Below, in pieces: positions 19,828 through 20,000 of a DNA stretch of 20,000 nucleotides. The translations under genes were made by a program, and so were the position numbers. The stretch is from Saprolegnia diclina VS20 (taxonomy: Eukaryota), in NCBI RefSeq assembly GCF_000281045.1, contig NW_008246095.1, positions 196,616 to 216,615 of the forward strand. Direction: 5' to 3'. A model generated the notes under the pieces. It was not told where the DNA came from. It worked only from the letters and a program-made list of their open reading frames with translations, and ran no database searches. Positions within the stretch are counted from its first letter, which is position 1; the number at the start of each line of letters is the position of its first letter.

Positions 19828-19935
19828 CTCGGTTTCATCGGCTCCATCGGTTTTGCCCGGTTCGGCTCGGCTCCAAAGGCCACCGGCTTTGGCTTCGTTT
19901 TTGAAGCCGGCTTCAAGCCGAGCCGAGCCGAGCCG
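19828..19935. repeat. Right subterminal repeat array of the hAT element
   Basis: CGGCTCCATCGG (inverted copy of left CCGATGGAGCCG), TTTTGCCCGG, and (GAGCC)n shared with the left end. Confidence 0.85.
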
Positions 19936-20000
19936 AACCGTGGGGAGTCCTACTCGCCAGTCGCACGACGACATGTACAAGCACTGTACAATTCAAAGGA

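Larger units (their letters stand above)
18935..19952 (+). mobile_element. Non-autonomous hAT-superfamily DNA transposon (1018 bp, internally deleted, Ds-like)
   Basis: Perfect 24-bp TIRs TAGGACTCCCCACGGTTCGGCTCG (18935-18958 and inverted 19929-19952). Perfect 8-bp TSD CTCGCCAG (18927-18934 and 19953-19960). GAGCC/GGCTC subterminal repeats and hAT transposase remnants inside. Confidence 0.96.

Noticed and set aside
18841..20000. hAT insertion interrupting a host gene
   Set aside because: The reconstructed empty site is open in more than one frame, but the flanks are too short (gap on the left, window end on the right) to support a gene call.

Overview
Eukaryotic, gene-dense genomic DNA, most likely from an oomycete of the Saprolegniales (inferred from very short 44-67 nt GT-AG introns, C/G-ending codon bias, oomycete Inr+FPR core-promoter motifs and oomycete-type protein families). 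Manual splicing gives these genes: a small C3H zinc-finger-like gene (+), a 7-exon gankyrin/PSMD10 gene (-), an 8-exon VPS13-family lipid-transfer gene of about 2796 aa (+) with an unusual C-terminus (a possible actinoporin-like beta-sandwich plus a PDZ domain), an MGQVACCC-starting EF-hand protein (-) head-to-head only 48 bp from an ankyrin-repeat gene (+), a second paralog of the C3H gene (-), and a secreted protein with three 8-Cys repeats (-). After an assembly gap there is a complete 1018-bp internally deleted hAT DNA transposon with perfect 24-bp TIRs and an 8-bp TSD. Regions 1-1950 and 15600-17600 have no confident gene model and may hold degenerate coding sequence. No RNA genes or CRISPR arrays were seen.
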